Part shown: positions 18,325 to 28,827 of the stretch, in pieces | Numbering within the stretch: position 1 is the first letter of the stretch | Layout: every line of letters begins with the position of its first letter | IMG/VR virus record: IMGVR_UViG_3300044972_000310 | Location: 2,138-66,137 of that record | Reading direction: 5' to 3' (one strand) | Source: a virus | Taxonomy: Duplodnaviria > Caudoviricetes | DNA length: 64,000 nt | Notes under the pieces: generated by a model | What the model was told of the DNA's origin: nothing | Database searches by the model: none | What the model saw: the letters and a program-made list of their open reading frames with translations, nothing else | Position numbers and translations under genes: made by a program

Positions 18325-19014
18325 ATGACCCTACTAATAAACAAATTCAAATACGAAAAACTCTCTAGGGACGACAGCTCCGGTAAGCGTTTATACGCTA
18401 CACCACAAGGGCATAAAGTCCCTAGTGTCACGACTGTACTGGACAAAACTAAGCCAGAAGAAAGTCGCATAGCACTGGCCAACTGGCGTAAAGCAGTAGG
18501 TGAAAAGAAAGCACAAGAGATCACTACAGAAGCTGCCAACCGCGGCACACGTATGCACAAGTTCCTAGAGGACTATGTCAAGGGTGAACCTATGAACGAG
18601 GGTGTTACTAACCCTTTTGCACAACAAAGTCAGAAGATGGCTAAGATTGTGATTGAAAAAGGCATGTCAAATGTAAGTGAAGTATGGGGTAGTGAAGTAC
18701 CCTTGTACTTTCCAGAACTATATGCGGGTACTACTGACTGCGTAGGTGTACATAGTGGTGACGAGAGTATCCTAGACTTCAAGCAGACTAACAAACCTAA
18801 GAAACTAGAGTACATTAGCGACTACTTTCTACAGCTAACAGCCTATGCCCTAGCGCATAATGAAGTACACGGCACTAATATACGCAAAGGCGTTATTCTA
18901 ATGTGTAGCAAGGACTTTGAATACCAGGAGTTTATCTTAGAACCCAAAGACTTTGACTACTGGACAGAAGAGTGGTGTAAACGAGTGGAGCAGTACTACC
19001 GTTTGAACAGCTAA
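18325..19014 (+). CDS. PD-(D/E)xK exonuclease
   Basis: PSVTTVL, RGTRMH, SEVPL, YAGTTD, ILDFKQT, QLTAYA. Confidence 0.85.
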   Translation: MTLLINKFKYEKLSRDDSSGKRLYATPQGHKVPSVTTVLDKTKPEESRIALANWRKAVGEKKAQEITTEAANRGTRMHKFLEDYVKGEPMNEGVTNPFAQQSQKMAKIVIEKGMSNVSEVWGSEVPLYFPELYAGTTDCVGVHSGDESILDFKQTNKPKKLEYISDYFLQLTAYALAHNEVHGTNIRKGVILMCSKDFEYQEFILEPKDFDYWTEEWCKRVEQYYRLNS

Positions 19015-19038
19015 ATATCGTATAACGAGGATATTTTC

Positions 19039-20619
19039 ATGGCTGTTTTGCAAATTTCAAGAATACAACTACGTAGAGGTAAGAAGAACGAAGCTTCTGG
19101 ACTACCTCAGTTAGCCAGCGGCGAAATGGCCTGGGCTATTGATTCACAAGAATTATACATTGGCAATGGAGCAGTTAGTGAAGGCGCCCCGGCCGTGGGA
19201 AATACTAGACTGCTAACTGAAAACGATAACATTTTAGATCTAGCAGAACAGTATCAATATAAAGTTAGCGATCCAGATATCCAGACAAACGCCGATGTTA
19301 ATTTTCCTATAATTCGCACACTGCAAGATCGCCTTGATGATATTGTAACATCTAATAATTATGGTATATTAGCCGACGGTATCGATCAAACAGCTAATAT
19401 CCAGAATGCAATTACTAATTTGTTTGTTACTTCTGAAAGTCGAGTAGTGCTACAATTCCAGCCCGGAGTATTTAAAATAACATCTACTATCAACATTCCT
19501 AGTTATGTTACTATCGAAGGTGCTGGTCCTGAAAAAACTATTTTTAATTTTATAGGCACAGGCACTGTGTTTAATTTTATTAAAGATGCCGGCGCCCCCA
19601 CTCTTGAACTAGGTAATCAGCCTAGATTTATTTCTATGAAAGGATTTAGTGTTACAACTAATTCTATTGCTACTCAAGTATTTGAAATGAATTCTGTTAG
19701 AGATTCAGTGTTTGAAGATATTAGTATTGGTGGCGTATGGACGACAACTAGTGCAACTTCAACTGCAAGCATTGGTATTGGAATGTATGCCCTTAGCTCA
19801 ATAGTAACTTGCCAACGAAATAAATTTACTCGCGTAACTGTTAATGGATTTTGCACAGGCCTATACGCTAAACAAGATATTTTTAATAATCTATTTGATG
19901 ACTGCGAATTTAAAACTTTAGAAACTGGTATTCAGTTTGGTGTTGGTACTGGATTTGGTGCAACTGGATTCCAATACGGCCCAAGAAAAAACATAATTAA
20001 AAATTCAAGATTTGAATCTATTAATCAATACGGTATTATCGTAGACAATGGAACTGGAAATCGATCACGTAGTAACACGTTTATAGATGTTGGTAATGAC
20101 AGTACTGGTAACTCATACACTCCTGGCCAGGATAAGTATTCAATAATCAAATTCACTAATCCGGGAAATAGTTCAATACAAGATATCTTTGACAGGGCAG
20201 TTGCATTGGCATCTGGCGGATTTGTTACTTCTGCATATCTTGCTGAGGTAGAAGGAGCTGTGTTTTTCAGTAGTCCTGAAACTCGAGTAGTTAATATTGG
20301 ACAAGCATATACCCCAATTAACGCATTTAGGATCCCATTAAATTCCTCAACCGGATTAACAATTAACTATGTGTACCAAAGTACTGCATATGAGCAAATG
20401 AGAAAGGGAACATTGTCTATGGCAATAGATCGTATCAACGGCAATATACAACTAGTTGATGATTTTGATTATGCTGGTACATTTATGGCCGATGAGAATG
20501 TTGTATTCTTTGCTAACTTTGAAGACATTGGTAGTTATACAACTATTGTTGTATCTTATACTAATTCCAATATATCCGACGTTGCCACACTAACCTATTC
20601 ATACTCTGCACTTAGCTAA
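19039..20619 (+). CDS. Tail fibre/spike with pectin-lyase-like beta-helix
   Basis: QISRIQLRRG..LPQLASGEM.W..D..ELYIGNG N-terminus; DGIDQTANIQNAI, FQPG.FKI, parallel beta-helix repeats. Confidence 0.75.
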   Translation: MAVLQISRIQLRRGKKNEASGLPQLASGEMAWAIDSQELYIGNGAVSEGAPAVGNTRLLTENDNILDLAEQYQYKVSDPDIQTNADVNFPIIRTLQDRLDDIVTSNNYGILADGIDQTANIQNAITNLFVTSESRVVLQFQPGVFKITSTINIPSYVTIEGAGPEKTIFNFIGTGTVFNFIKDAGAPTLELGNQPRFISMKGFSVTTNSIATQVFEMNSVRDSVFEDISIGGVWTTTSATSTASIGIGMYALSSIVTCQRNKFTRVTVNGFCTGLYAKQDIFNNLFDDCEFKTLETGIQFGVGTGFGATGFQYGPRKNIIKNSRFESINQYGIIVDNGTGNRSRSNTFIDVGNDSTGNSYTPGQDKYSIIKFTNPGNSSIQDIFDRAVALASGGFVTSAYLAEVEGAVFFSSPETRVVNIGQAYTPINAFRIPLNSSTGLTINYVYQSTAYEQMRKGTLSMAIDRINGNIQLVDDFDYAGTFMADENVVFFANFEDIGSYTTIVVSYTNSNISDVATLTYSYSALS

Positions 20620-21047
20620 TGCTTGTAGCAAATCGTCTTCAACAGACTAGGCAAGCTGCTTGGTATCAACTTAGGCAAACTTTAGAAACATCGGAGGATC
20701 CGTTTTCCGATGTTGCCAAATTTTTTCTCCGGCTTCCTCGTGTTAAATTTTACACCGACCCATATGATTCTACCACTTGGCCTACTCCATGGGAACTTAT
20801 TGATGAAAATGAGTATTGTGAATTCAATTTAATTCTGGGAATGTGTTATACTATACAATTAACTGAGCGTTTTAAAGATACACGCCCAACGATAAATTTA
20901 GCTATTGACATTGACAGTAGAACAGTGTATTATTTGCTTTGTATTGAAGAAAGAGTTTACGGGTATGATGACAGTTGGATTAGAGTGTCAGAGTTGCCTA
21001 AGTCTTTGAAAATGCAAAAGATTTATCCAATGAAGCCACTCCACTAA
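20619..21047 (+). CDS. Hypothetical protein
   Basis: Coupled ORF with a WPTPWELI motif. Confidence 0.7.
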   Translation: MLVANRLQQTRQAAWYQLRQTLETSEDPFSDVAKFFLRLPRVKFYTDPYDSTTWPTPWELIDENEYCEFNLILGMCYTIQLTERFKDTRPTINLAIDIDSRTVYYLLCIEERVYGYDDSWIRVSELPKSLKMQKIYPMKPLH

Positions 21048-21074
21048 ATACGTCCTAGACACTAAATTAACAAC

Positions 21075-23396
21075 ATGACAACAATAACTGTAATCAAAAG
21101 AGACGGAAAAAAAGAGCCATTAATGATTGAAAAATGGCAGACACAGATTGCAAAGGTGTGTAGTGGGATTGCTGATGTTAGTCAATCAATGATTGAGATC
21201 AAAGCCCAACCACATTTTTATGATGGAATTACTACTAGAGAAGTAGATGAAATTACACTCAGAGCAATTGTGGATTTGATTGACGTAGAATCAAATCCAG
21301 ATGTTGGTCATGTTAACTATCAATACGTAGCAGGCAAGCAACGTCTATCAATGTTGCGTAAGGATGTTTATGGCGCCTACGAGCCTCCCCACCTTTACGA
21401 GATCGTAAAGACTAATGTGGCTACTGGATTATACACAGCAGAGCTTCTTGAGTGGTATGGTGAAGAAGACTGGAACAAGATGAATGACATGCTGGATCAT
21501 GAAAAAGATGAACAGTATGGCTATGCGGCAATTGAACAATTAATTGAGAAGTACTTGGTTAAGAACCGTAGTACAAAACAAACATATGAGACTCCACAAA
21601 TTAGATACATGGTTGCAGCCGCAACTGTGTTCCATAAAGAAGAACCTAACTCGGCTAGGATGCGCTATATCAAAGAATACTACAACGCCGCAAGCGATGG
21701 ACTTTTTACTCTTGCTACTCCTGTATTGGCTGGCCTTGGTACTCCTACTAAACAGTTTAGCTCTTGCGTACTCATTCGTTCGGATGATGATCTAGATTCT
21801 ATTTTCGCTTCTGGTGAGATGATGGCCAAGTATGCCAGTAAACGTGCTGGCATTGGTTTAGAGATTGGTCGACTACGTCCATTAGGTAGTCCAATTCGCG
21901 GTGGTGAGATTATGCACACAGGTATGATACCTTTCCTGAAAAAATGGTTCGGTGATTTACGATCATGTTCACAAGGAGGTATTCGTAATGCAAGTGCCAC
22001 TGTTTTCTATCCTATTTGGCATCATCAGTTTGATGATCTTATTGTTCTTAAAAACAACCAAGGAACAGAAGAAACCCGAGTCCGTCATATGGATTATGGG
22101 GTTGTGCTTAGTGCCTTCTTCTGGAGACGATTTAAAAACAAAGAAGACATAACATTCTTTGATCCCAACGAAGTACCAGACTTGTATGAAGCGTTCTATC
22201 AAAACACAGAACGCTTTGAAGAGCTTTACGTAAAGTACGAACGTACTCCTGGTTTACGTAAGAAGACCATGTCCGCTGAAGAAGTATTCAAGTCGGGCAT
22301 ACTAAAAGAGCGCACTGATACAGGGCGTATCTATCTAGTGTTCATTGACAATGTAATGAACCAGGGTCCGTTTGACCCAGAGTACCATACCATTTATCAG
22401 AGTAATCTTTGCTGTGAAATCCTCTTACCTACTCGCTCTTTCAAGCGTCTTGATGACGCTGATGGTCGCATTGCTTTATGTACGCTCGGTAGTATCAACT
22501 GGGGAGCTTTCCGCAATCCAGAAGATATGCGTAGGGCTTGCCGTATACTTCACCGCAGTCTTAACAATATCCTTGATTACCAAGACTTTTTAAGTATTCA
22601 AAGTAAATTGAGCAACGATGAAATTCGTCCATTGGGCATTGGTATTACTAATCTCGCCTACTGGCATGCCAAGCGTAGTTTAAAGTATGGAGAGAAAGAT
22701 TCTCTCCATGAAGTTAAAAGTTGGATGGAACATCAAGCCTACTACTTAACTGAAGCTTCAGTTGAGCTAGCTAAGGAACGTGGTCGTTGTGAAGGCAGCG
22801 ATCGTACACGTTATGGCCAAGGTGTATTCCCCTGGGAACTACGTGCTAAGGGTGTAAATGAATTAGCAGACTTTACTCCGGAACTAGACTGGGAGACATT
22901 ACGAGTACAGATGAAAACACATGGTGTGCGCAATGCTACGCAAATGGCAGTTGCTCCAGTAGAGTCTAGTTCTGTTGTTATTAACAGTACCAATGGTATT
23001 GAAATGCCAATGAGCCTAATCTCAGTTAAAGAATCCAAAGCAGGATCGTTTGTACAAGTTGTACCTGAGTACCACAAGTTGAAGAACAAGTATCAACTCA
23101 TGTGGGAACAAAAAGACTGCGATGGTTATATTAAGACAGCAGCCGTTATTGCTGCTTACACTGATCAGTCAATCAGTACTAACACATTCTACAATCCTGC
23201 ACACTTTGCAGATCGTAAAGTGCCAACCACACTGATTGCCAAGAACTTGATGCAAGCCCACATGTGGGGATTGAAGACATTCTACTACAGCTTGATTAAC
23301 AAGCAAGGTAGTAAGGCTGTTGCAGAAGACGCACCAACTATGCTAGAACCTATTAACTTTGATGACGAGGAAGACTGCGAGTCTTGTAAACTGTAA
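21075..23396 (+). CDS. nrdA: Ribonucleotide reductase class Ia alpha subunit
   Basis: ATP cone VIKRDG, ATPVL, SSCVL, SCSQGGIR, SNLCCEI, C-terminal CESCKL. Confidence 0.97.
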   Translation: MTTITVIKRDGKKEPLMIEKWQTQIAKVCSGIADVSQSMIEIKAQPHFYDGITTREVDEITLRAIVDLIDVESNPDVGHVNYQYVAGKQRLSMLRKDVYGAYEPPHLYEIVKTNVATGLYTAELLEWYGEEDWNKMNDMLDHEKDEQYGYAAIEQLIEKYLVKNRSTKQTYETPQIRYMVAAATVFHKEEPNSARMRYIKEYYNAASDGLFTLATPVLAGLGTPTKQFSSCVLIRSDDDLDSIFASGEMMAKYASKRAGIGLEIGRLRPLGSPIRGGEIMHTGMIPFLKKWFGDLRSCSQGGIRNASATVFYPIWHHQFDDLIVLKNNQGTEETRVRHMDYGVVLSAFFWRRFKNKEDITFFDPNEVPDLYEAFYQNTERFEELYVKYERTPGLRKKTMSAEEVFKSGILKERTDTGRIYLVFIDNVMNQGPFDPEYHTIYQSNLCCEILLPTRSFKRLDDADGRIALCTLGSINWGAFRNPEDMRRACRILHRSLNNILDYQDFLSIQSKLSNDEIRPLGIGITNLAYWHAKRSLKYGEKDSLHEVKSWMEHQAYYLTEASVELAKERGRCEGSDRTRYGQGVFPWELRAKGVNELADFTPELDWETLRVQMKTHGVRNATQMAVAPVESSSVVINSTNGIEMPMSLISVKESKAGSFVQVVPEYHKLKNKYQLMWEQKDCDGYIKTAAVIAAYTDQSISTNTFYNPAHFADRKVPTTLIAKNLMQAHMWGLKTFYYSLINKQGSKAVAEDAPTMLEPINFDDEEDCESCKL

Positions 23397-24046
23397 TGTT
23401 AGAAACTATATGTGACATAATGGTAGACGCTTACAAGCGTAATTGGATTACCAGTCGTGATGGTAATGTCAGCATACGACACCACGACCGTGACCACTTT
23501 TATATCACACCGAGTGGTGTGCGTAAGCAAACACTACAACCTGATCAATTCAAGAAGATTGGTATTGAGAAAGGCTACTGGGGCCAACCACCGACTATAT
23601 ACCATGCAACTAAAGAGTTAGAATACACTGAAATCAGTGCCAATCTAAAGCCCAGCGGAGAACTTCCCTTGCACTTTGGCTTACAGAAAGAAATGGGACA
23701 GCATACTGGCGAAGTTCGTGTAGTAGTACACGTTCATCCTACTTATTGTATTGCTGCCATGCATGCCGGCATTAACCTTAGCACTATCAGTGATGCGTTT
23801 CCAGAACTCAACCGCTACACCAAGGTAGCACCCAATGTAGGCGATGTGCCTCCTATTAGCCAAGAGCTTGCGGATCAGTGCCATAAGATGTTACAGTTAG
23901 ATAAAGACGGCAATATTGCTTATGATATCGTAGGTATCAAAGGGCATGGGGTAGTTGCTATTGATACAACACCGTGGCGTGCATACGAGCATATAGAAAG
24001 ATTAGAACATATTTGCAAGATAGTACTTGCAAGTGGAAAATATTAA
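23396..24046 (+). CDS. Class II aldolase/adducin family protein
   Basis: DGNVS, ITPSG, PSGE..LH, HVHPTY, GHGV. Confidence 0.85.
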   Translation: MLETICDIMVDAYKRNWITSRDGNVSIRHHDRDHFYITPSGVRKQTLQPDQFKKIGIEKGYWGQPPTIYHATKELEYTEISANLKPSGELPLHFGLQKEMGQHTGEVRVVVHVHPTYCIAAMHAGINLSTISDAFPELNRYTKVAPNVGDVPPISQELADQCHKMLQLDKDGNIAYDIVGIKGHGVVAIDTTPWRAYEHIERLEHICKIVLASGKY

Positions 24047-24047
24047 A

Positions 24048-25148
24048 ATGTCAAAACAACAATATAATTTAAACACAAAGACAGACTATCTAAGCCGTAA
24101 GATGTTTCTGGATCCAGCAGGACCTGTAACTATTCAACGCTTTGAAGAAGTTAAATACAAGAAGATTGCAGACTTCGATGCCACAGCCCGTGGTTTCTTC
24201 TGGCAACCCGAAGAGATTAGTCTTACCAAAGACGCTAACGATTTTAAGGATGCAAGCGATGCAGTTAAACATATATTCACTAGCAACCTACTACGTCAAA
24301 CAGCACTTGATAGTTTGCAAGGTAGAGGACCAACACAGGTATTCACTCCTGTTTGTAGTCTCCCCGAAGTCGAAGCTCTCATGTACAACTGGGGATTCTT
24401 TGAAACAAATATCCATAGTAAAAGCTACAGCCATATAATCCGCAACATTTATAATGTGCCTAAGGATGTGTTTAACACAATCCATGACACTAAAGAAATT
24501 GTGGACATGGCGTCTAGTGTGGGCAACTACTATGACAAGCTACACGTTATCAATTGCCGTAAAGAACTTGGGCAAGAAGTCACTGAGAAAGAACACGTTA
24601 AAGCCGTTTGGATGGCACTACATGCCAGCTATGCACTAGAAGCATTCCGCTTTATGGTTAGCTTTGCTACAAGTTTGGCCATGGTTGAAAACAAGATCTT
24701 TATCGGCAACGGTAACATCATCAGCTTGATCCTACAAGACGAATTATTGCACAAAGGCTGGACAGCCTATATGATTAACCAAGTTATCAAAGAAGATCCT
24801 CGCTTTGCTGAAGCTAAACAAGAATGTGAAGCAGAAGTATATGCATTGTATATGGATGTGATTCGGGAAGAAAAAGATTGGGCCAGCTACCTGTTTAAGA
24901 TGGGACCAGTTATTGGACTCAATGCAAACATTCTGCGTGACTTTGTGGACTACACCGCAGTAGATGCATTAAAGCAAATTGGTATTAAGTACCAAGCGGC
25001 TGCTCCTAAGTCAACTCCAATTCCTTGGTTTAACAAGCATACTGATACTAGTAAGAAACAAACAGCACTACAAGAAAACGAATCGACTAATTACGTCATC
25101 GGAGTTATGGGTGAAGGTATTGACTATGATGCCTTGCCTGTGCTATAA
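24048..25148 (+). CDS. nrdB: Ribonucleotide reductase class Ia beta subunit
   Basis: FFWQPEE, DSLQGR, ETNIHSKSY, EAFRF, DELLH; start ATG 24048. Confidence 0.95.
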   Translation: MSKQQYNLNTKTDYLSRKMFLDPAGPVTIQRFEEVKYKKIADFDATARGFFWQPEEISLTKDANDFKDASDAVKHIFTSNLLRQTALDSLQGRGPTQVFTPVCSLPEVEALMYNWGFFETNIHSKSYSHIIRNIYNVPKDVFNTIHDTKEIVDMASSVGNYYDKLHVINCRKELGQEVTEKEHVKAVWMALHASYALEAFRFMVSFATSLAMVENKIFIGNGNIISLILQDELLHKGWTAYMINQVIKEDPRFAEAKQECEAEVYALYMDVIREEKDWASYLFKMGPVIGLNANILRDFVDYTAVDALKQIGIKYQAAAPKSTPIPWFNKHTDTSKKQTALQENESTNYVIGVMGEGIDYDALPVL

Positions 25149-25166
25149 TAGGACATCGGAGAAATT

Positions 25167-25421
25167 ATGACAACACCAGTTATTGTATGGTCAAAGTACC
25201 ATTGCCCCTATTGCGATCAAGCAAAGGCATTATTAAAACAACAGGGTGTTCCATTTGAAGAACGTAAAATCGGAGATGGATACACCAAGGAAGAATTGTT
25301 AGAAGCAGTACCAAATGCTCGAACAGTTCCTCAAATTATTATCAATGGTGCATCTATTGGTGGTTTTACAGAATTAAGAAAATATATCGACGAAACCGGA
25401 TTCAACGGTACCGGATACTAA
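25167..25421 (+). CDS. Glutaredoxin
   Basis: CPYC, TVPQI, IGGF. Confidence 0.95.
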   Translation: MTTPVIVWSKYHCPYCDQAKALLKQQGVPFEERKIGDGYTKEELLEAVPNARTVPQIIINGASIGGFTELRKYIDETGFNGTGY

Positions 25422-25434
25422 AAAGGAAACTAAA

Positions 25435-25725
25435 ATGTTAATCAATAAAGGCGTAGCAGAAGGCGAAGTCATTACCCTCAAACTAACCAGCGGCGAAGAA
25501 ATTGTTGCTAAACTAGTAGAAGATGGTGCGTTGTATTACAAACTATCAAAGCCAATGGTTATTGGTATGGGACAAAAAGGTCCAGGTCTAATGCCTTACT
25601 TGTTCACTGTTAGTCCAAATGCAGATATTCGTTTGCAAAAGTCTACAGTCACAGTAGCAGAAGCAACTGACGAAGCATTTGCCAAACAGTTTCTCGAGTC
25701 AACAACTGGCATTGCGTTAGTATAA
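25435..25725 (+). CDS. Hypothetical protein (small beta-rich)
   Basis: AAGGA RBS; LKLTSGEEIVAK. Confidence 0.75.
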   Translation: MLINKGVAEGEVITLKLTSGEEIVAKLVEDGALYYKLSKPMVIGMGQKGPGLMPYLFTVSPNADIRLQKSTVTVAEATDEAFAKQFLESTTGIALV

Positions 25726-25754
25726 CGTCAATAATCATAGTGTATAAATACACT

Positions 25755-25991
25755 ATGACTTATAAAATTAGGGCAGGTGCCCCATTTGATTTAGACAATT
25801 TATTCAATAGACCGGCCGTAGATGCCGGTCCTATCGTTAATCCATATCCGGATATTATATTAAGTAATATTGACGGTGGAGATTTTATACAGCCTGTTAC
25901 ATTTACAGTAGACGGCGGATTTATTCCGGCTGCTGGCACTGCAACGTATGACCCTTCTAGAACATACGGACCGGACGATATTGTACCATGA
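25755..25991 (+). CDS. Small late protein
   Basis: ATG 4 nt after TATAAATA; IDGG repeats. Confidence 0.6.
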   Translation: MTYKIRAGAPFDLDNLFNRPAVDAGPIVNPYPDIILSNIDGGDFIQPVTFTVDGGFIPAAGTATYDPSRTYGPDDIVP

Positions 25992-27223
25992 CTACTCCAA
26001 CTGGTAGCATATTATTACGTCGAGGACCTACTACTGATCGAGTAGCGTTTGTTCCACTTGACGGTGAAATAATCTACGACGAAAATTTAAAATCAATCTT
26101 TATTGGTGATGGTGCTACTTATGGCGGTAATGCTGTTGGTACAGTCCCAGGCTCAATGTCAAACAGTTTTGCTAACATTCTAGTAGCAGGACAAAGTAAT
26201 GTAACAGCAGATTCCTACTCTGATAATTTAACCTTAGTGGCGGGTACTGGAATAACATTAACCACTGATGCAATCAACGATAGCATTACTATTGCTAGTA
26301 GTGCTGCTGGAGCAACCTACGGGATTAGTGCAGAAACGGCCACGGGTGGTACTAGCTTACGACTAACTGGTAGCAATGTTACTACAGATAATGTTAAGTT
26401 TGCAGAAGGTACTGGTATTACAGTTACTCGAACAGATGCAGATACTATTACTATTGCTACAACAGTAACTGATACAAACACAACATATGGGATCAGTGCA
26501 GAGACAGTAGCCGGCGGTGCCTATTTACGATTAACAGGCAGCAATGCGTCAACAGACAATATTAAATTTGCCAGTGCTGGCAATGTAACAGTTACTCGAA
26601 CAGATGCAAATATTATTACAATTAGTGGCAGTCCACTAGGCGGCGCAGTATTAGATGATATAGATGATGTATCATTAAGTGTTCCAACTAACGGACAATT
26701 TTTACGCTACAACGGAACCAACTGGTACAATGCTACAGCAACCTTAGGCGGTGGATCACTATCTAGCAGTTTTGAAACTATTAAAGTAGCAGGCCAAGCT
26801 GATATAGTAGCCGACTCCTCTACTGATATACTAACCCTAGTTGCTGGGCCTGGGATTACTATTACATCTAATGCAGTAACGGATACTATTACTATTAATA
26901 ATTCAGATTCTTTAGTTTCAGTATCACCTTCTGAAATAGCAGCCGGAACTGATCAATCAACTGCTTTAGAACTAACCTCAATTATAAACAATATAACCAC
27001 AACTGATCTCGGAACAGGGGTTAGACTTCCTACAGCAGTAGCAGGTACAAGATTATTAGTGTTTAATAACGGATTGAACACGGCAGCAGTGTATCCGGCC
27101 ATCGGTGCAGATATTAATGGATTAGGTATAGATGTAGCATTTTCATTAGAGGTTGGTGCTCGATTAGAATTTGTTGCAATTACAACTACGCAATGGTATA
27201 CAATGAATGCAACATATGCATAA
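25988..27223 (+). CDS. Tail fibre-like protein
   Basis: LLRRG...P.DGE..YD....FIGDG N-terminus, VAGQ..V.ADS repeats, LDDIDDV repeat. Confidence 0.75.
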   Translation: MTTPTGSILLRRGPTTDRVAFVPLDGEIIYDENLKSIFIGDGATYGGNAVGTVPGSMSNSFANILVAGQSNVTADSYSDNLTLVAGTGITLTTDAINDSITIASSAAGATYGISAETATGGTSLRLTGSNVTTDNVKFAEGTGITVTRTDADTITIATTVTDTNTTYGISAETVAGGAYLRLTGSNASTDNIKFASAGNVTVTRTDANIITISGSPLGGAVLDDIDDVSLSVPTNGQFLRYNGTNWYNATATLGGGSLSSSFETIKVAGQADIVADSSTDILTLVAGPGITITSNAVTDTITINNSDSLVSVSPSEIAAGTDQSTALELTSIINNITTTDLGTGVRLPTAVAGTRLLVFNNGLNTAAVYPAIGADINGLGIDVAFSLEVGARLEFVAITTTQWYTMNATYA

Positions 27224-27232
27224 AGGAATAAC

Positions 27233-27523
27233 ATGACAGGAATTGTTCGAGTCAATGCTGACTCTCATAATGGACATGCAGGACACAGAGTACCCTTCCA
27301 TAAAACATCTTATGCAAGTGGTAGTGGAAATGTTTTTGTAAACAGTGAGCCAGCCGTAAGAAAGGGAGATGCATTAGCATGTGGCGACACCGCAGTTGGA
27401 GCATCGTCTAACGTATTTGTTAACGGCATCCCAGTTCACCGTCAAGGTGACTCAACAAGCGGACACGGTAAATGGGTCCCAAACGCCGCCGCCAGTGGTA
27501 GCTCTAACGTATTTGCCAATTAG
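27233..27523 (+). CDS. PAAR spike-tip protein
   Basis: GSGNVFVN.EPAVR.GD...CG, VFVNG.P.HR.GD...H, GSSNVF. Confidence 0.9.
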   Translation: MTGIVRVNADSHNGHAGHRVPFHKTSYASGSGNVFVNSEPAVRKGDALACGDTAVGASSNVFVNGIPVHRQGDSTSGHGKWVPNAAASGSSNVFAN

Positions 27524-27524
27524 G

Positions 27525-27553
27525 TTGATCTTAAATTAACTACGCTGTATAAT
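27525..27553 (+). promoter_or_regulatory. sigma70 promoter giving a leaderless mRNA
   Basis: TTGATC-17 nt-TATAAT with ATG at 27560. Confidence 0.65.
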
Positions 27554-27559
27554 ATCAAC

Positions 27560-28060
27560 ATGAACATTTATTTAGATATGGACGACGTAGTCGCCGATTG
27601 GATGGGATATGCTCGAAATTATCTTAAAGAACCTGCATGGCAAGAAGGCGAGATACTTCCCTTACCGGTGTGGAATCGTCTTAAAGATAACCAACGTATG
27701 TACAGCAAACTTCCATTAAAGGAAGGGGCAGTGGAGTTGGTCAATTGGGTTACTGAATATACAGATAAACATCCCGATGTGGGATTGTTCTTCTTAACCG
27801 CAGTACCTCATAACAATGATATGCCGTGGGCGTTTGTTGATAAAGTTTGGTGGGCAAGATCACATTTCCCACATATTCCTGTATTCTTCGGACCATACAG
27901 TGATAACAAATGGATGCGATGTGAAAGCGCCGAGGACATTCTTATCGATGATCGTCGCAGCAATAACGAAGAGTGGGTTAAGGCAGGTGGCCGCGCCCAT
28001 ATGTACCGTAACTGGACAGACTGTAAAGCATGGTTGGAGGCTGAGTTAGGTCCACTATGA
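27560..28060 (+). CDS. HAD-family 5'(3')-deoxyribonucleotidase
   Basis: YLDMDDVVAD, LTA, K..W, ILIDD. Confidence 0.85.
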   Translation: MNIYLDMDDVVADWMGYARNYLKEPAWQEGEILPLPVWNRLKDNQRMYSKLPLKEGAVELVNWVTEYTDKHPDVGLFFLTAVPHNNDMPWAFVDKVWWARSHFPHIPVFFGPYSDNKWMRCESAEDILIDDRRSNNEEWVKAGGRAHMYRNWTDCKAWLEAELGPL

Positions 28061-28248
28061 ACAGTTTAGAGAAAGTTTGGGCAAGAGCAACTGGCCATTT
28101 AATGGGCCAAACAGACCAAGATCGTCCGGATATACCTATACTTACTTTAAGAGAAGCACGTATAGCGTTGTTTTTAAAGACCTTCTGGGTCATCATACAT
28201 GTAATAACGTGTTGTTTCATTATTGCGAACACAATACATCACTGGTAA
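28057..28248 (+). CDS. Small membrane protein
   Basis: WARATG and C-terminal TM ending IIANTIHHW. Confidence 0.65.
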   Translation: MNSLEKVWARATGHLMGQTDQDRPDIPILTLREARIALFLKTFWVIIHVITCCFIIANTIHHW

Positions 28249-28273
28249 TAACTATATAACAAAGGAGACAATT

Positions 28274-28468
28274 ATGTCAGCAAACAAATATCAAGAGTTC
28301 ACAAAAATCGTAGAAGCCATGGAGGCAGACTTCGAAAAGTTCTATGACAAGGAAGTTGGCGCAGCCGGCACCCGTGTTCGTAAGGCTTGCCAAGATTTGG
28401 CTAAGTTGTGCAAAGAAACTCGTAACGATGTGACTGCGGTTAAGAACGCTCGAAAAGAAGCGGCCTAA
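28274..28468 (+). CDS. Histone H1-like (Hc1-type) small protein
   Basis: DFEKFYDK.V.AAGTRVRK...L..L.KE.R motif; AAGGAG RBS, ATG 28274. Confidence 0.75.
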   Translation: MSANKYQEFTKIVEAMEADFEKFYDKEVGAAGTRVRKACQDLAKLCKETRNDVTAVKNARKEAA

Positions 28469-28518
28469 TGTCAACGAAACCCCTGGTAAATACGTTATAT
28501 ACTTACAAGGGGTATAAT

Positions 28519-28818
28519 ATGAAAAAACTTTTAACTGTTCTGTTACTAACGGTCAGTGCCACAGCATTTGCTCAGCATAATCATCACTGGCGTCATCATG
28601 GCTATCGTCATGTAGGTCCCAACATCGGTTATTGGGTAGCACCGTTAGTCATTGGCGGGATTGTAGGGGCTGCAATTGCCAAAGAGAATCAGCAACCTCC
28701 TGTAATCGTACAACAACCGCAGTCAGTAATCATTCAACGTCAAACAGTTTGTACTGAGTGGAAAGAAATACAAAATTCCGATGGACAAGTCTATCGTGAA
28801 AGAACTTGTACACAATAA
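28519..28818 (+). CDS. Secreted His/Gly-rich protein
   Basis: Signal peptide MKKLL..AFA, His-rich segment, Gly-rich helix, two Cys. Confidence 0.65.
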   Translation: MKKLLTVLLLTVSATAFAQHNHHWRHHGYRHVGPNIGYWVAPLVIGGIVGAAIAKENQQPPVIVQQPQSVIIQRQTVCTEWKEIQNSDGQVYRERTCTQ

Positions 28819-28827
28819 GGAAATACT

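Noticed and set aside
18325-19014. Cas4-like nuclease implying a CRISPR system
   Set aside because: Lacks the four-Cys Fe-S pattern; no array or other cas genes seen; consistent with an ordinary phage exonuclease
21075-25148. Introns or inteins in nrdA/nrdB
   Set aside because: Both ORFs are continuous and of normal length, with no intein motifs seen
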